NCBI GenBank assembly: GCA_014075295.1
Contig: CP046180.1
Coordinates: 698,458 to 762,457 of the forward strand
Source: Candidatus Mycalebacterium zealandia
GTDB taxonomy: Bacteria; Desulfobacterota_D; UBA1144; Nemesobacterales; Mycalebacteriaceae
DNA length: 64,000 nucleotides
Reading direction: 5' to 3'
Positions 62,837 through 64,000 of this stretch are shown here, in pieces. Position numbers and translations under genes: made by a program. Numbering within the stretch: the stretch's first letter is position 1; every line of letters starts with the position of its first letter. A model generated the notes under the pieces. The model worked only from the letters and a program-made list of their open reading frames with translations, made no database searches and had not been told where the DNA came from.

Positions 62837-64000
62837 ATGGAGAAAGAGGTTATAAATAAATTGCTTGGTCCGGAGTTTATAAAAACCGCGACAGTTGAAG
62901 ATATTGAAAGAGAAATCAGAGACGGAGCAGATGTTAATGCAAAAAATGAATTTGACTGGACGGTTCTGATGAAGGCGGCAAGATTCAACACCAATCCAGA
63001 AATCATTACCACTCTTGTCAAAAACGGAGCGGATGTTAACGCGAGAGATGAAAACGGCATTACGGTTCTGATGAGAGCGGTAGCTAACAACACCAATCCG
63101 GAAATCATTACCAATCTTGTCAAAAACGGAGCGGATGTTCACGCGAGAGATGAAAACGGCATTACGGTTCTGATGAGAGCGGTAGCTAACAACACCAATC
63201 TGGAAATTATTACCGCTCTTATTGAAAACGGAGCGGATATTAACGCAAGAGATGAAAACGACGCGACGGTTCTGATGGTCGCGGCACAGTTCAACCCCAA
63301 TCCGGAAATCATTGATGCTCTTGTTCAAAACGGAGCGGATGCTAACGCAAGGGATGAAAACGGCGTGACGGTTCTGATGGTCGCGGCACAGTTCAACCCC
63401 AATCCGGAAATCATTGATGCTCTTGTTCAAAACGGAGCGGATGTTAACGCGAGAGATGAAAACGGCATGACGGCTCTTGTGTTCGCGACAATGTTCAACA
63501 CTAATCCGGAAGTCATTACCGCTCTTATTGAAAACGGAGCGGATGTTCACGCGAGAGATGAAAACGGCATTACGGTTCTGATGAGAGCGGCAATAAACAA
63601 CACCAATCTGGAAATTATTACCGCTCTTATTGAAAACGGAGCGGATGTTAACGCAAGAGATGAAAACGACGCGACGGTTCTGATGGTCGCGGCACAGTTC
63701 AACCCCAATCCGGAAATCATTGATGCTCTTGTTCAAAACGGAGCGGATGTTCACGCGAGAGATGAAAACGGCATTACGGTTCTGATGAGAGCGGTAGCTA
63801 ACAACACCAATCTGGAAATTATTACCGCTCTTATTGAAAACGGAGCGGATGTTCACGCGAGAGATGAAAACGGCATTACGGCTCTGGTGTTTGCGGCAGA
63901 GAACAATACCAATCCGGAAATCATTACCTCTCTTATTAAAAATGGAGCGAATGTTAACGCAAGATATGAAAACGGCAGAACGGCTCTGATGTTGGCGGTA
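62837..64000 (+). CDS. ankyrin-repeat protein with ten or more near-identical 33-aa repeats; 3' end beyond window
   Basis: ATG 62837; repeats DENGITVLMRAVANNTNPEIITNLVKNGADVHAR at 99-bp periodicity from ~62930 to window end. The reading frame is open to position 64000 and so is not in the ORF track. Confidence 0.8.
   Translation, partial: MEKEVINKLLGPEFIKTATVEDIEREIRDGADVNAKNEFDWTVLMKAARFNTNPEIITTLVKNGADVNARDENGITVLMRAVANNTNPEIITNLVKNGADVHARDENGITVLMRAVANNTNLEIITALIENGADINARDENDATVLMVAAQFNPNPEIIDALVQNGADANARDENGVTVLMVAAQFNPNPEIIDALVQNGADVNARDENGMTALVFATMFNTNPEVITALIENGADVHARDENGITVLMRAAINNTNLEIITALIENGADVNARDENDATVLMVAAQFNPNPEIIDALVQNGADVHARDENGITVLMRAVANNTNLEIITALIENGADVHARDENGITALVFAAENNTNPEIITSLIKNGANVNARYENGRTALMLAV
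62930..64000 (+). repeat. tandem 99-bp near-identical coding repeats (ankyrin units)
   Basis: e.g. 63062-63160 vs 63161-63259 and 63260-63358 vs 63359-63457 differ at only a few positions. Confidence 0.85.

Noticed and set aside
62747-63856. 369-aa minus-strand ORF (and 62833..63123) full of NIRSV/NKSGN repeats
   Set aside because: It is the antisense reading of the plus-strand ankyrin repeat array. Repeat periodicity creates long spurious ORFs. The plus-strand frame gives a coherent ankyrin protein with a proper start.
62930-64000. Possible CRISPR array, from the regular ~99-bp periodic repeats (also the ~102-bp repeats at 7745-8300)
   Set aside because: Units are contiguous with no unique spacers. 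They are in-frame coding repeats (ankyrin or TPR modules), and no cas genes are present.

Overview
This 64-kb window is a densely packed bacterial chromosomal segment of roughly 50% GC, mostly housekeeping genes. The RpoH-type heat-shock sigma factor suggests a proteobacterium-like lineage, but I do not assign a taxon. No transposase, integrase, phage genes or CRISPR array are visible. Gene content in order: metH, a glyoxalase-II-like MBL hydrolase, thrC plus a MoaD/ThiS-type sulfur carrier, the heat-shock operon rpoH-dnaK-(gamma carbonic anhydrase-like)-grpE-dnaJ, a TCA supercluster icd-mdh-sdhCAB-sucC with acnA nearby, the fatty-acid cluster yceD-rpmF-fabD-fabG-acpP-fabF, an SPFH/NfeD pair, tRNA-Leu(GAG), archaeal-type phosphoglycerate mutase ApgM, PolX plus LigA, an M23 peptidase, a TamB-like protein, cdsA, nfo, pdaD, proA, cysC, ndk, holA, rpsT, tal, xseB-ispA, initiator tRNA-fMet, hemC-hemA-folE-(orphan nuoM-like), an AMP-ligase, an LLM oxidoreductase, hflX, an M20 peptidase and cbiX. 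The unusual content is three repeat-protein genes: an AT-rich FRG-domain plus TPR gene that looks horizontally inserted between thrC-moaD and dnaJ, and two ankyrin-repeat genes sharing a peculiar repeat dialect, one carrying ten or more near-identical 99-bp units that run off the window end. Also notable are a perfect consensus sigma-70 promoter driving a leaderless 33-aa single-TM peptide upstream of hflX, an HflX with a ~148-aa N-terminal extension, a ThrC(Zn-ribbon)-MoaD pair suggesting thiocarboxylate chemistry, sucC without sucD, an orphan nuoM-like gene, and two genes (acnA and a lipoprotein) with no canonical in-frame start codon. The last two may be a rare ATA start and a homopolymer frameshift or assembly error. 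No single obviously complete novel multi-gene system was identified; the FRG-TPR island, the ankyrin arrays and the promoter plus mini-peptide are the best candidates for follow-up.
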